From Squalus acanthias (lineage: Eukaryota), in NCBI GenBank assembly GCA_030390025.1, contig JASTWF010000037.1, positions 1-64,000 of the forward strand: a stretch of DNA of 64,000 nucleotides, given 5' to 3'. Shown in pieces: positions 1-14,933 of the stretch; the stretch's first letter is position 1; the number at the start of each line of letters is the position of its first letter. The notes under the pieces were generated by a model. The model saw nothing but the letters and a program-made list of their open reading frames with translations, ran no database searches and was not told the origin of the DNA. The position numbers were made by a program, and so were the translations under genes.

Positions 1-548
1 CCCCCCTCTCCTCACACCTTCCCCCCTCTCCTCACACCTTCCCCCCTCTCCTCACACCTTCCCCCTCTCCTCACACCTTCCCCCTCTCCTCACACCTTCC
101 CCCTCTCCTCACACCTTCCCCCTCTCCTCCTCGCGCTACCCCCTCTCCTCACGCGCTCCCCCCTCTCCTCCTCACGCGCTCCCCCCTCTCCTCCTCACGC
201 GCTCCCCCCTCTCCTCCTCACGCGCTCCCCCCTCTCCTCCTCACGCGCTCCCCCCTCTCCTCCTCACGCGCTCCCCCCTCTCCTCCTCACGCGCTCCCCC
301 CTCTCCTCCTCACGCGCTCCCCCCTCTCCTCCTCACGCGCTCCCCCCTCTCCTCCTCACGCGCTCCCCCCTCTCCTCCTCACGCGCTCCCCCCCTCTCCT
401 CACGCGCTCCCCCCTCTCCTCCTCACGCGCTCCCCCCTCTCCTCCTCACGCGCTCCCCCCTCTCCTCCTCACGCGCTCCCCCCTCTCCTCCTCACGCGCT
501 CCCCCCTCTCCTCCTCACGCGCCCCCCCCTCTCCTCCTCACGCGCTCC
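1..548. repeat. C-rich minisatellite (19-23 bp units, e.g. CCCCCTCTCCTCCTCACGCGCTC)
   Basis: Directly visible tandem units; the array runs off the window start. Confidence 0.9.
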
Positions 549-568
549 CTCTCTCACAGTCCTCTCAG

Positions 569-608
569 GCGAGCTGGTACCGGGCCATCCAACAGCTCCT
601 CGCTGCAG
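569..608 (+). other. Copy of the 3' end of an IRS PH-domain exon (ASWYRAIQQLLAA-G); candidate micro-exon or duplicated exon remnant
   Basis: Flanked by ctctCAG and GTGAGG. The translation matches the IRS PH C-terminal helix (IRS1 EQDSWYQALLQL). It ends in phase 1, the same phase in which the PTB exon at 27482 begins. Confidence 0.6.
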
Positions 609-688
609 GTGAGGGGTCTGCAACAGTCGCACACCTTCCCTCACACACATCTCTCTCACACTCCTATCTCACCTACTCCCCCTCTCAG

Positions 689-727
689 GCGATCTGGCAC
701 TGGCCATCTGCGAGCTGCTCGCCACAG
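689..727 (+). pseudogene. Degenerate second copy of the IRS PH-exon end (39 nt, 1-nt deletion)
   Basis: ctctcag-GCGATCTGGCACTGGCCATCTGCGAGCTGCTCGCCACAG-gtgagg aligns to 569-608. Confidence 0.55.
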
Positions 728-744
728 GTGAGGGTGGCTACAAC

Positions 745-3700
745 ACTCGCACACCTTCTCTCACTCCTCTGACACTCACACCTTCCCTCACCCTCCTCTG
801 ACACACACCTTCCCTCACACTCGCACCTTCCCTCACACTCCTTACACACTCGCACCTTCCCTTACACTCCTTACACACTCGCACCTTCCCTTACACTCCT
901 GACACACTCGCACCTTCCCTTACACTCCTTACACACTCACACCTTCCCTCACACTCCTTACACACTCACACCTTCCCTCACACTCACACCTTCCCTCACA
1001 CTCACACCTTCCCTCACACTCACACCTTCCCTCACACTCACACCTTCCCTCACACTCGCACCTTCCCTCACACCCGCACCTTCCCTCACACCCGCACCTT
1101 CCCTCGCCTTCCTCTCACACCTTCCCTCACCCTCCTCTCGCACCTTCCCTCACACTCGCACCTTCCCTCACACTCGCACCTTCCCTCACACTCGCACCTT
1201 CCCTCGCCCTCCCCTCACACTCGCACCTTCCCTCGCCCTCCCCTCACACTCGCACCTTCCCTCGCCCTCCTCTCACACTCGCACCTTCCCTCGCCCTCCT
1301 CTCTCACTCGCGCCTTCCCTCGCCCTCCTCTCTCACTCGCACCTTCCCTCGCCCTCCTCTCTCACTCGCACCTTCCCTCGCCCTCCTCTCTCACTCGCAC
1401 CTTCCCTCGCCCTCCTCTCACACTCACACCTTCCCTCGCCCTCCTCTCACACTCACACCTTCCCTCGCCCTCCCCTCACACTCGCACCTTCCCTCGCACT
1501 CGCACCTTCCCTCACCCTCCTCTCACACTCGCACCTTCCCTCGCACTCGCACCTTCCCGCACCTTCCCTCGCACTCGCACCTTCCCTCGCCCTCCTCTCG
1601 CACTCGCACCTTCCCTCGCCCTCCTCTCGCACTCGCACCTTCCCTCGCCCTCCTCTCGCACTCGCACCTTCCCTCGCCCTCCTCTCACACTCTCACCTTC
1701 CCTCGCACTCGCACCTTCCCTCGCCCTCCTCTCGCACTCGCACCTTCCCTCGCCCTCCTCTCGCACTCGCACCTTCCCTCGCCCTCCTCTCGCACTCGCA
1801 CCTTCCCTCGCCCTCCTCTCGCACTCGCACCTTCCCTCGCCCTCCCCTCACACTCGCACCTTCCCTCGCACTCGCACCTTCCCTCGCCCTCCTCTCGCAC
1901 TCGCACCTTCCCTCGCCCTCCCCTCACACTCGCACCTTCCCTCGCACTCGCACCTTCCCTCGCCCTCCTCTCACACTCGCACCTTCCCTCGCACTCGCAC
2001 CTTCCCTCGCCCTCCTCTCACACTCACACCTTCCCTCGCACTCGCACCTTCCCTCGCCCTCCTCTCACACTCGCACCTTCCCTCGCCCTCCTCTCGCACT
2101 CGCACCTTCCCTCGCCCTCCTCTCGCACTCGCACCTTCCCTCGCCCTCCTCTCTCACTCACACCTTCCCTCGCCCTCCTCTCACACTCGCACCTTCCCTC
2201 GCCCTCCTCTCACACTCACACCTTCCCTCGCACTCGCACCTTCCCTCGCCCTCCTCTCTCACTCACACCTTCCCTCGCCCTCCTCTCACACTCGCACCTT
2301 CCCTCGCCCTCCTCTCACTCGCACCTTCCCTCGCCCTCCTCTCACACTCGCACATTCCCTCGCCCTCCTCTCACACTCGCACCTTCCCTCGCCCTCCTCT
2401 CACACTCGCACCTTCCCTCGCCCTCCTCTCACACTCGCACCTTCCCTCGCCCTCCTCTCACACTCACACCTTCCCTCACACTCGCACCTTCCCTCGCCCT
2501 CCTCTCACACTCACACCTTCCCTCACACTCGCACCTTCCCTCGCCCTCCTCTCGCCCTCTCACCTTCCCTCGCCCTCCTCTCGCACTCGCACCTTCCCTC
2601 GCCCTCCCCTCGCACTCGCACCTTCCCTCGCCCTCCCCTCACACTCGCACCTTCCCTCGCCCTCCCCTCACACTCGCACCTTCCCTCGCCCTCCTCTCGC
2701 ACTCGCACCTTCCCTCGCACTCGCACCTTCCCTCGCCCTCCTCTCGCACTCGCACCTTCCCTCGCTCTCCTCTCTCACTCACACCTTCCCTCGCCCTCCT
2801 CTCTCACTCGCACCTTCCCTCGCACTCGCACCTTCCCTCGCCCTCCTCTCACACTCGCACTTTCCCTCGCCCTCCTCTCTCACTCGCACCTTCCCTCGCA
2901 CTCGCACCTTCCCTCGCCCTCCTCTCACACTCACACCTTCCCTCACACTCGCACCTTCCCTCGCCCTCCTCTCACACTCACACCTTCCCTCACACTCGCA
3001 CCTTCCCTCGCCCTCCTCTCACACTCACACCTTCCCTCACACTCGCACCTTCCCTCGCCCTCCTCTCGCACTCGCACCTTCCCTCGCCCTCCTCTCGCAC
3101 TCACACCTTCCCTCGCCCTCCCCTCACACTCGCACCTTCCCTCGCCCTCCTCTAGCACTCGCACCTTCCCTCGCACTCGCACCTTCCCTCGCCCTCCTCT
3201 CGCACTCGCACCTTCCCTCGCTCTCCTCTCTCACTCACACCTTCCCTCGCCCTCCTCTCTCACTCGCACCTTCCCTCGCACTCGCACCTTCCCTCGCCCT
3301 CCTCTCACACTCGCACCTTCCCTCGCCCTCCTCTCGCACTTTCCCTCGCCTTCCTCTCTCACTCGCACCTTCCCTCGCACTCGCACCTTCCCTCGCCCTC
3401 CTCTCACACTCGCACCTTCCCTCGCACTCGCACCTTCCCTCGCCCTCCTCTCACACTCACACCTTCCCTCGCACTCGCACCTTCCCTCGCCCTCCTCTCA
3501 CACTCGCACCTTCCCTCGCCCTCCTCTCGCACTCGCACCTTCCCTCGCCCTCCTCTCTCACTCACACCTTCCCTCGCCCTCCTCTCACACTCGCACCTTC
3601 CCTCGCCTTCCTCTCACACTCACACCTTCCCTCGCACTCGCACCTTCCCTCGCCCTCCTCTCACACTCGCACCTTCCCTCGCCCTCCTCTCACACTCGCA

Positions 3701-6700
3701 CCTTCCCTCGCCCTCCTCTCACACTCGCACCTTCCCTCGCCCTCCCCTCACACTCGCACCTTCCCTCGCCCTCCCCTCACACTCGCACCTTCCCTCGCCC
3801 TCCTCTCACACTCGCACCTTCCCTCGCCCTCCTCTCACACTCACACCTTCCCTCCCACTCGCACCTTCCCTCGCCCTCCTCTCACACTCGCACCTTCCCT
3901 CGCCCTCCTCTCACACTCGCACCTTCCCTCGCCCTCCTCTCACACTCGCACCTTCCCTCGCCCTCCTCTCACACTCGCACCTTCCCTCGCCCTCCCCTCA
4001 CACTCGCACCTTCCCTCGCCCTCCTCTCACACTCACACCTTCCCTCGCCCTCCTCTCACACTCGCACCTTCCCTCACACTCGCACCTTCCCTCGCCCTCC
4101 TCTCACACTCGCACCTTCCCTCACACTCGCACCTTCCCTCGCCCTCCTCTCACACTCACACCTTCCCTCACACTCGCACCTTCCCTCGCCCTCCTCTCTC
4201 ACTCACACCTTCCCTCACACTCGCACCTTCCCTCGCCCTCCTCTCGCACTCTCACCTTCCCTCGCCCTCCTCTCGCACTCTCACCTTCCCTCGCCCTCCT
4301 CTCCCACTCGCACCTTCCCTCGCCCTCCTCTCACACTCGCACCTGCCCTCGCCCTCCCCTCCCTCGCCCTCCTCTCACACTCGCACCTGCCCTCGCCCTC
4401 CCCTCACACTCGCACCTTCCCTCGCCCTCCTCTCGCACTCGCACCTTCCCTCGCACTCGCACCTTCCCTCGCCCTCCTCTTACACTCGCACCTTCCCTCG
4501 CCCTCCTCTCACACTCGCACCTTCCCTCACACTCACACCTTCCCTCGCCCTCCTCTCACACTCACACCTTCCCTCGGACTCGCACCTTCCCTCGCCCTCC
4601 TCTCACACTCGCACCTTCCCCCACACTCACACCTTCCCTCGCCCTCCTCTCACACTCACACCTTCCCTCGCACTCGCACCTTCCCTCGCCCTCCTCTCAC
4701 ACTCGCACCTTCCCTCGCCCTCCTCTCTCACTCACACCTTCCCTCACACTCACACCTTCCCTCACACTCGCACCTTCCCTCGCCCTCCTCTCACACTCTC
4801 ACCTTCCCTCGCACTCGCACCTTCCCTCGCCCTCCTCTCACACTCACCTTCCCTCGCCCTCCTCTCACACTCACCTTCCCTCGCCCTCCTCTCACACTCA
4901 CCTTCCCTCGCCCTCCTCTCACACTCACCTTCCCTAGCCCTCCTCTCACACTCACCTTCCCTAGCCCTCCTCTCACACTCACCTTCCCTCGCCCTCCTCT
5001 CGCACTCGCACCTTCCCTCGCCCTCCTCTCGCACTCACACCTTCCCTCGCCCTCCTCTCACACTCACACCTTCCCTCGCTCTCCTCTCACACTCACACCT
5101 TCCCTCGCTCTCCTCTCACACTCACACCTTCCCTCGCTCTCCTCTCACACTCACACCTTCCCTCGCTCTCCTCTCATACTCACACCTTCCCTCGCCCTCC
5201 TCTCACACTCACACCTTCCCTCGCCCTCCTCTCACACTCACACCTTCCCTCGCCCTCCTCTCGCACTCACACCTTCCCTCGCCCTCCTCTCACACTCACA
5301 CCTTCCCTCACTCTCCTCTCACACTCACACCTTCCCTCGCCCTCCTCTCACACTCACACCTTCCCTCGCCCTCCTCTCGCACTCGCACCTTCCCTCACAC
5401 TCACACCTTCCCTCGCCCTCCTCTCACACTCGCACCTTCCCTCGCCCTCCTCTCACACTCACACCTTCCCTCGCACTCGCACCTTCCCTCGCCCTCCTCT
5501 CACACTTGCACCTTCCCTCGCCCTCCTCTCACACTCGCACCTTCCCTCGCCCTCCTCTCACACTCGCACCTTCCCTCGCCCTCCTCTCACACTCGCACCT
5601 TCCCTCGCCCTCCTCTCACACTCGCACCTTCCCTCGCCCTCCTCTCACACTCGCACCTTCCCTCGCCCTCCTCTCACACTCGCACCTTCCCTCGCCCTCC
5701 TCTCACACTCGCACCTTCCCTCGCCCTCCCCTCACACTCGCACCTTCCCTCGCCCTCCTCTCACACTCACACCTTCCCTCGCCCTCCTCTCACACTCACA
5801 CCTTCCCTCACACTCGCACCTTCCCTCGCCCTCCTCTCACACTCACACCTTCCCTCACACTCGCACCTTCCCTCACACTCGCACCTTCCCTCGCCCTCCT
5901 CTCGCACTCGCACCTTCCCTCGCCCTTCTCTCACACTCACACCTTCCCTCGCCCTCCCCTCACACTCGCACCTTCCCTCGCCCTCCTCTCGCACTCGCAC
6001 CTTCCCTCGCCCTCCTCTCGCACTCGTACCTTCCCTCGCCCTCCTCTCACACTCGCACCTTCCCTCGCCCTCCTCTCACACTCGCACCTTCCCTCGCCCT
6101 CCTCTCACACTCGCACCTTCCCTCGCCCTCCTCTCACACTCGCACCTTCCCTCGCCCTCCTCTCACACTCGCACCTTCCCTCGCCCTCCTCTCGCACTCG
6201 TACCTTCCCTCGCTCTCCTCTCTCACTCGCACCTTCCCTTGCACTCGCACCTTCCCTCACCCTCCTCTCACACTCGCACCTTCCCTCGCCCTCCTCTCGC
6301 ACTCGCACCTTCCCTCGCTCTCCTCTCACTCGCACCTTCCCTCGCACTCGCACCTTCCCTCGCCCTCCTCTCACACTCGCACCTTCCCTCGCCCTCCTCT
6401 CGCACTCGCACCTTCCCTCGCTCTCCTCTCTCACTCACACCTTCCCTCGCCCTCCTCTCTCACTCGCACCTTCCCTCGCACTCGCACCTTCCCTCGCCCT
6501 CCTCTCACACTCGCACCTTCCCTCGCCCTCCTCTCGCACTTTCCCTCGCCCTCCTCTCTCACTCGCACCTTCCCTCGCACTCGCACCTTCCCTCGCCCTC
6601 CTCTCACACTCACACCTTCCCTCACACTCGCACCTTCCCTCGCCCTCCTCTCACACTCATACCTTCCCTCACACTCGCACCTTCCCTCGCCCTCCTCTCA

Positions 6701-9700
6701 CACTCACGCCCTCCTCTCACACTTGCACCTTCCCTCGCCCTCCTCTCGCACTCGCACCTTCCCTCGCCCTCCTCTCGCACTCGCACCTTCCCTCGCCCTC
6801 CTCTCGCACTCACACCTTCCCTCGCCCTCCTCTCGCACTCGCACCTTCCCTCGCACTCGCACCTTCCCTCGCCCTCCTCTCGCACTCGCACCTTCCCTCG
6901 CTCTCCTCTCTCACTCACACCTTCCCTCGCCCTCCTCTCTCACTCATACCTTCCCTCGCACTCGCACCTTCCCTCGCCCTCCTCTCACACTCGCACCTTC
7001 CCTCGCCCTCCTCTCGCACTTTCCCTCGCCCTCCTCTCTCACTCGCACCTTCCCTCGCACTCGCACCTTCCCTCGCCCTCCTCTCACACTCGCACCTTCC
7101 CTCGCACTCGCACCTTCCCTCGCCCTCCTCTCACACTCACACCTTCCCTCGCACTCGCACCTTCCCTCGCCCTCCTCTCACACTCGCACCTTCCCTCGCC
7201 CTCCTCTCGCACTCGCACCTTCCCTCGCCCTCCTCTCTCACTCACACCTTCCCTCGCCCTCCTCTCACACTCGCACCTTCCCTCGCCCTCCTCTCACACT
7301 CACACCTTCCCTCGCACTCGCACCTTCCCTCGCCCTCCTCTCACACTCGCACCTTCCCTCGCCCTCCTCTCACACTCGCACCTTCCCTCGCCCTCCTCTC
7401 ACACTCGCACCTTCCCTCGCCCTCCTCTCACACTCGCACCTTCCGTCGCCCTCCTCTCACACTCGCACCTTCCCTCGCCCTCCTCTCACACTCGCACCTT
7501 CCCTCGCCCTCCTCTCACACTCGCACCTTCCCTCGCCCTCCTCTCACACTCGCACCTTCCCTCGCCCTCCTCTCACACTCGCACCTTCCCTCGCCCTCCT
7601 CTCACACTCGCACCTTCCCTCGCCCTCCTCTCACACTCGCACCTTCCCTCGCCCTCCTCTCACACTCGCACCTTCCCTCGCCCTCCCCTCACACTCGCAC
7701 CTTCCCTCGCCCTCCTCTCACACTCACACCTTCCCTCGCCCTCCTCTCACACTCACACCTTCCCTCGCCCTCCTCTCACACTCACACCTTCCCTCACACT
7801 CGCACCTTCCCTCGCCCTCCTCTCACACTCACACCTTCCCTCACACTCGCACCTTCCCTCACACTCGCACCTTCCCTCGCCCTCCTCTCGCACTCGCACC
7901 TTCCCTCGCCCTCCTCTCGCACTCACACCTTCCCTCGCCCTCCCCTCACACTCGCACCTTCCCTCGCCCTCCTCTCGCACTCGCACCTTCCCTTGCACTC
8001 GCACCTTCCCTCGCCCTCCTCTCACACTCGCACCTTCCCTCGCCCTCCTCTCGCACTCGCACCTTCCCTCGCTCTCCCCTCTCTCGCACCTTCCCTCGCA
8101 CTCGCACCTTCCCTCGCCCTCCTCTCACACTCACACCTTCCCTCGCACTCGCACCTTCCCTCGCCCTCCTCTCACACTCGCACCTTCCCTCGCCCTCCTC
8201 TCGCACTCGCACCTTCCCTCGCCCTCCTCTCACACTCGCACCTTCCCTCGCCCTCCTCTCGCACTTTCCCTCGCCCTCCTCTCTCACTCGCACCTTCCCT
8301 CGCACTCGCACCTTCCCTCGCCCTCCTCTCACACTCACACCTTCCCTCACACTCGCACCTTCCCTCGCCCTCCTCTCACACTCACACCTTCCCTCACACT
8401 CGCACCTTCCCTCGCCCTCCTCTCACACTCACACCTTCCCTCACACTCGCACCTTCCCTCGCCCTCCTCTCGCACTCTCACCTTCCCTCGCCCTCCTCTC
8501 GCACTCGCACCTTCCCTCGCCCTCCTCTCACACTCACACCTTCCCTCGCCCTCCCCTCACACTCGCACCTTCCCTCGCCCTCCTCTCGCACTCGCACCTT
8601 CCCTCGCACTCGCACCTTCCCTCGCCCTCCTCTCGCACTCGCACCTTCCCTCGCTCTCCTCTCTCACTCACACGTTCCCTCGCACTCGCACCTTCCCTCG
8701 CCCTCCCCTCACACTCGCACCTTCCCTCGCCCTCCTCTCGCACTCGCACCTTCCCTCGCACTCGCACCTTCCCTCGCCCTCCTCTCACACTCGCACCTTC
8801 CCTCGCCCTCCTCTCGCACTTTCCCTCGCCCTCCTCTCTCACTCGCACCTTCCCTCGCACTCGCACCTTCCCTCGCCCTCCTCTCACACTCGCACCTTCC
8901 CTCGCACTCGCACCTTCCCTCGCCCTCCTCTCACACTCACACCTTCCCTCGCACTCGCACCTTCCCTCGCCCTCCTCTCACACTCGCACCTTCCCTCGCC
9001 CTCCTCTCGCACTCGCACCTTCCCTCGCCCTCCTCTCTCACTCACACCTTCCCTCGCCCTCCTCTCACACTCGCACCTTCCCTCGCCCTCCTCTCACACT
9101 CACACCTTCCCTCGCACTCGCACCTTCCCTCGCCCTCCTCTCACACTCACACCTTCCCTCACACTCGCACCTTCACTCGCCCTCCACTCACACTCACACC
9201 TTCCCTCACACTCGCACCTTCCCTCGCCCTCCTCTCGCACTCTCACCTTCCCTCGCCCTCCTCTCACTCGCACCTTCCCTCGCCCTCCCCTCGCACTCGC
9301 ACCTTCCCTCGCCCTCCTCTCACACTCGCACCTTCCCTCGCCCTCATCTCGCACTCACACATTCCCTCGCACTCGCACCTTCCCTCGCCCTCCTCTCACA
9401 CTCGCACCTTCCCTCGCCCTGCTCTCACACTCGCACCTTCCCTCACACTCACACCTTCCCTCGCCCTCCTCTCACACTCACACCTTCCCTCGCACTCGCA
9501 CCTTCCCTCGCCCTCCTCTCGCACTCGCACCTTCCCTCACACTCACACCTTCCCTCGCCCTCCTCACACTCATACCTTCCCTCGCACTCGCACCTTCCCT
9601 CGCCCTCCTCTCACACTCGCACCTTCCCTCGCCCTCCTCTCACACTCACACCTTCCCTCACCCTCCTCTCACACTCGCACCTTCCCTCGCCCTCCCCTCA

Positions 9701-12700
9701 CACTCGCACCTTCCCTCGCCCTCCCCTCACACTCGCACCTTCCCTCGCCCTCCTCTCACACTCGCACCTTCCCTCGCCCTCCTCTCACACTCGCACCTTC
9801 CCTCGCCCTCCTCTCACACTCGCACCTTCCCTCGCCCTCCTCTCACACTCACACCTCCTCTCGCACTCGCACCTTCCCTCGCTCTCTCTCACTCGCACCT
9901 TCCCTTGCACTCGCACCTTCCCTCGCCCTCCTCTCGCACTCGCACCTTCCCTCGCTCTCCTCTCACTCGCACCTTCCCTCGCACTCGCACCTTCCCTCGC
10001 CCTCCTCTCACACTCGCACCTTCCCTCGCACTCGCACCTTCCCTCGCCCTCCTCTCACACTCGCACCTTCCCTCGCCCTCCTCTCACACTCGCACCTTCC
10101 CTCACACTCACACCTTCCCTCGCCCTCCTCTCACTCACACCTTCCCTCGCACTCGCACCTTCCCTCGCCCTCCTCTCGCACTCGCACCTTCCCTCACACT
10201 CACACCTTCCCTCGCCCTCCTCTCACACTCGCACCTTCCCTCACACTCGCACCTTCCCTCGCCCTCCTCTCACACTCACACCTTCCCTCGCACTCGCACC
10301 TTCCCTCGCCCTCCTCTCACACTCGCACCTTCCCTCGCCCTCCTCTCACACTCGCACCTTCCCTCGCCCTCCCCTCACACTCGCACCTTCCCTCGCCCTC
10401 CTCTCACACTCACACCTTCCCTCGCCCTCCCCTCACACTCACACCTTCCCTCGCCCTCCCCTCACACTCGCACCTTCCCTCGCCCTCCCCTCACACTCGC
10501 ACCTTCCCTCGCCCTCCCCTCACACTCGCACCTTCCCTCGCCCTCCTCTCGCACTCGCACCTTCCCTCGCCATCCTCTCACACTCGCACCTTCCCTCGCC
10601 CTCATCTCGCACTCACACATTCCCTCGCACTCGCACCTTCCCTCGCCCTCCTCTCACACTCGCACCTTCCCTCGCCCTCCTCTCACACTCGCACCTTCCC
10701 TCACACTCACACCTTCACTCGCCCTCCTCTCTCACTCACACCTTCCCTCGCCCTCCTCTCACACTCACACCTTCCCTCGCCCTCCTCTCACACTCACACC
10801 TTCCCTCGCCCTCCTCTCGCACTCACACCTTCCCTCGCCCTCCTCTCGCACTCACACCTTCCCTCGCCCTCCTCTCACACTTACACCTTCCCTCACTCTC
10901 CTCTCACACTCACACCTTCCCTCGCCCTCCTCTCACACTCACACCTTCCCTCGCCCTCCTCTCACACTCACACCTTCCCTCGCCCTCCTCTCACACTCAC
11001 ACCTTCCCTCGCCCTCCTCCCACACTCACACCTCCTCTCGCACTCGCACCTTCCCTCGCTCTCTCTCACTCGCACCTTCCCTTGCACTCGCACCTTCCCT
11101 CGCCCTCCTCTCGCACTCGCACCTACCCTCGCTCTCCTCTCACTCGCACCTTCCCTCGCACTCGCACCTTCCCTCGCCCTCCTCTCACACTCGCACCTTC
11201 CCTCGCACTCGCACCTTCCCTCGCCCTCCTCTCACACTCGCACCTTCCCTCGCCCTCCTCTCACACTCGCACCTTCCCTCACACTCACACCTTCCCTCGC
11301 CCTCCTCTCACTCACACCTTCCCTCGCACTCGCACCTTCCCTCGCCCTCCTCTCGCACTCGCACCTTCCCTCACACTCGCACCTTCCCTCGCCCTCCTCT
11401 CACACTCACACCTTCCCTCGCACTCGCACCTTCCCTCGCCCTCCTCTCACACTCGCACCTTCCCTCGCCCTCCTCTCACACTCGCACCTTCCCTCGCCCT
11501 CCCCTCACACTCGCACCTTCCCTCGCCCTCCTCTCACACTCACACCTTCCCTCGCCCTCCTCTCACTCGCACCTTCCCTCGCCCTCCCCTCACACTCGCA
11601 CCTTCCCTCGCCATCCCCTCACACTCGCACCTTCCCTCGCCCTCCCCTCACACTCGCACCTTCCCTCGCCCTCCCCTCACACTCGCACCGTCCCTCGCCC
11701 TCCTCTCGCACTCGCACCTTCCCTCGCCCTCCTCTCGCACTCGCACCTTCCCTCGCCCTCATCTCGCACTCACACATTCCCTCGCACTCGCACCTTCCCT
11801 CGCCCTCCTCTCACACTCGCACCTTCCCTCGCCCTCCTCTCACACTCACACCTTCCCTCGCACTCGCACCTTCCCTCGCCCTCCTCTCGCACTCGCACCT
11901 TCCCTCACACTCACACCTTCCCTTGCCCTCCTCTCACACTCATACCTTCCCTCGCACTCGCACCTTCCCTCGCCCTCCTCTCGCACTCACACCTTCCCTC
12001 ACACTCGCACCTTCCCTCGCCCTCCTCTCGCACTCACACCTTCCCTCACACTCGCACCTTCCCTCGCCCTCCTCTCTCACTCACACCTTTCCTCACACTC
12101 GCACCTTCCCTCGCCCTTCTCTCACACTCGCACCTTCCCTCGCACTCGCACCTTCCCTCGCCCTCCTCTCACACTCACCTTCCCTCGCCCTCCTCTCGCA
12201 CTCGCACCTTCCCTCGCCCTCCTCTCGCACTCACACCTTCCCTCGCCCTCCTCTCGCACTCACACCTTCCCTCGCCCTCCTCTCGCACTCACACCTTCCC
12301 TCGCCCTCCTCTCTCACTCACACCTTCCCTCGCCCTCCTCTCACACTCACACCTTCCCTCGCCCTCCTCTCACACTCACACCTTCCCTCGCCCTCCTCTC
12401 GCACTCACACCTTCCCTCGCCCTCCTCTCGCACTCACACCTTCCCTCGCCCTCCTCTCGCACTCACACCTTCCTCGCCCTCCTCTCACACTTACACCTTC
12501 CCTCACTCTCCTCTCACACTCACACCTTCCCTCGCCCTCCTCTCACACTCACACCTTCCCTCGCCCTCCTCTCGCACTCGCACCTTCCCTCACACTCCTC
12601 TCACACTCGCACCTTCCCTCGCCCTCCTCTCACACTCGCACCTTCCCTCGCCCTCCTCTCACACTCGCACCTTCCCTCGCCCTCCTCTCACACTCGCACC

Positions 12701-14660
12701 TTCCCTCGCCCTCCTCTCACACTCGCACCTTCCCTCGCCCTCCTCTCACACTCGCACCTTCCCTCGCCCTCCTCTCACACTCGCACCTTCCCTCACACTC
12801 ACACCTTCCCTCGCCCTCCTCTCACACTCGCACCTTCCCTCGCCCTCCTCTCACACTCGCACCTTCCCTCAAACTCGCACCTTCCCTCGCCCTCCTCTCA
12901 CACTCGCACCTTCCCTCGCCCTCCTCTCACACTCGCACCTTCCCTCGCCCTCCTCTCACACTCGCACCTTCCCTCGCCCTCCTCTCACACTCGCACCTTC
13001 CCTCGCCCTCCTCTCACACTCGCACCTTCCCTCGCCCTCCTCTCACACTCGCACCTTCCCTCGCCCTCCTCTCACACTCGCACCTTCCCTCGCCCTCCTC
13101 TCACACTCGCACCTTCCCTCGCCCTCCTCTCACACTCGCACCTTCCCTCGCCCTCCTCTCACACTCGCACCTTCCCTCGCCCTCCTCTCACACTCGCACC
13201 TTCCCTCGCCCTCCTCTCACACTCGCACCTTCCCTCGCCCTCCTCTCACACTCGCACCTTCCCTCGCCCTCCTCTCACACTCGCACCTTCCCTCGCCCTC
13301 CTCTCACACTCGCACCTTCCCTCGCCCTCCTCTCACACTCGCACCTTCCCTCGCCCTCCTCTCACACTCGCACCTTCCCTCGCCCTCCTCTCACACTCGC
13401 ACCTTCCCTCGCCCTCCTCTCACACTCGCACCTTCCCTCGCCCTCCTCTCACACTCGCACCTTCCCTCGCCCTCCTCTCACACTCGCACCTTCCCTCGCC
13501 CTCCTCTCACACTCGCACCTTCCCTCGCCCTCCTCTCACACTCGCACCTTCCCTCGCCCTCGCACCTTCCCTCGCCCTCGCACCTTCCCTCGCCCTCGCA
13601 CCTTCCCTCGCCCTCGCACCTTCCCTCGCCCTCGCACCTTCCCTCGCCCTCCTCTCGCCCTCGCACCTTCCCTCGCCCTCGCACCTTCCCTCGCCCTCCT
13701 CTCGCCCTCGCACCTTCCCTCGCCCTCGCACCTTCCCTCGCCCTCCTCTCGCCCGCGCACCTTCCCTCGCCCTCCTCTCGCCCTCGCACCTTCCCTCGCC
13801 CTCCTCTCGCCCTCCCTTCCCTCGCCCTCCTCTCGCCCTCGCACCTTCCCTCGCCCTCCTCTCGCACTCGCACCTTCCCTCGCCCTCCTCTCGCACTCGC
13901 ACCTTCCCTCGCCCTCCTCTCTCACTCGCACCTTCCCTCGCCCTCCTCTCTCACTCGCACCTTCCCTCGCCCTCCTCTCGCACTCGCACCTTCCCTCGCC
14001 CTCCTCTCGCACTCACACCTTCCCTCGCACTGGCTCCTTCCCTCGCCCACCTCTCGCACTCACACCTTCCCTCACACTCGCACCTCCTCTCGCACTCGCA
14101 CCTTCCCTCGCCCTCCTCTCGCACTCTCACCTTCCCTCGCCCTCCTCTCGCACTCTCACCTTCCCTCGCCCTCCTCTCGCACTCTCACGTTCTCTCGCAA
14201 TCACACCTTCCCTCGCCCTCCTCTCTCACTCACACCTTCCCTCGCCCTCCCCTCGCACTCACACCTTCCCTCGCCCTCCCCTCGCACTCACACCTTCCCT
14301 CGCCCTCCCCTCGCACTCGCACCTTCCCTCGCCCTCCCCTCGCACTCTCACCTTCCCTCGCCCTCCTCTCGCACTCTCACCTTCCCTCGCCCTCCTCTCG
14401 CACTCTCACCTTCTCTCGCACTCACACCTTCCCTCGCCCTCCCCTCTCACTCGCAGCTTCCCTCGCCCTCCCCTCGCACTCGCACCTTCCCTCGCCCTCC
14501 CCTCACACTCGCACCTTCCCTCGCCCTCCCCTCACACTCGCACCTTCCCTCGCCCTCCCCTCACACTCGCACCTTCCCTCGCCCTCCCCTCACACTCTCA
14601 CCTTCCCTCGCCCTCCCCTCACACTCGCACCTTCCCTCGCCCTCCTCTCACCCACTCCTC
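745..14660. repeat. ~14-kb minisatellite, 29-bp unit CACTCGCACCTTCCCTCGCCCTCCTCTCA with 18-bp sub-unit variants
   Basis: Hundreds of visible tandem copies; extremely C/T-rich + strand. Confidence 0.97.
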
Positions 14661-14678
14661 CTCTCTCCCTCCTCTCCG

Positions 14679-14718
14679 GACAGCTGGTACTGTGCCGTCC
14701 GCGAGCTGCTCGCCGCAG
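14679..14718 (+). pseudogene. Third copy of the IRS PH-exon end (DSWYCAVRELLAA-G), donor intact, acceptor lost
   Basis: ccg-GACAGCTGGTACTGTGCCGTCCGCGAGCTGCTCGCCGCAG-gtgagg. Confidence 0.6.
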
Positions 14719-14894
14719 GTGAGGGCAGCTACAACATTCACACACCTCTCTCACCTCCTCTCTCACACCTCCTCAAACCTTCTCTCACACTCCCTCTCTC
14801 ACCTTACACACTCCTCTCTCGCTCCTCTCGCACTTCACCCCCCCCCCCCCCCCCCGGCCTCCCCACCACACTTCTCCTCTCACACCCCTCTCAG

Positions 14895-14933
14895 GACAGC
14901 TGATCCACGCCACCTGCGAGCTGTTCGCCGCAG
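14895..14933 (+). pseudogene. Fourth, degenerate copy of the IRS PH-exon end (in-frame TGA, donor altered)
   Basis: ctctcag-GACAGCTGATCCACGCCACCTGCGAGCTGTTCGCCGCAG-tggagg. Confidence 0.5.
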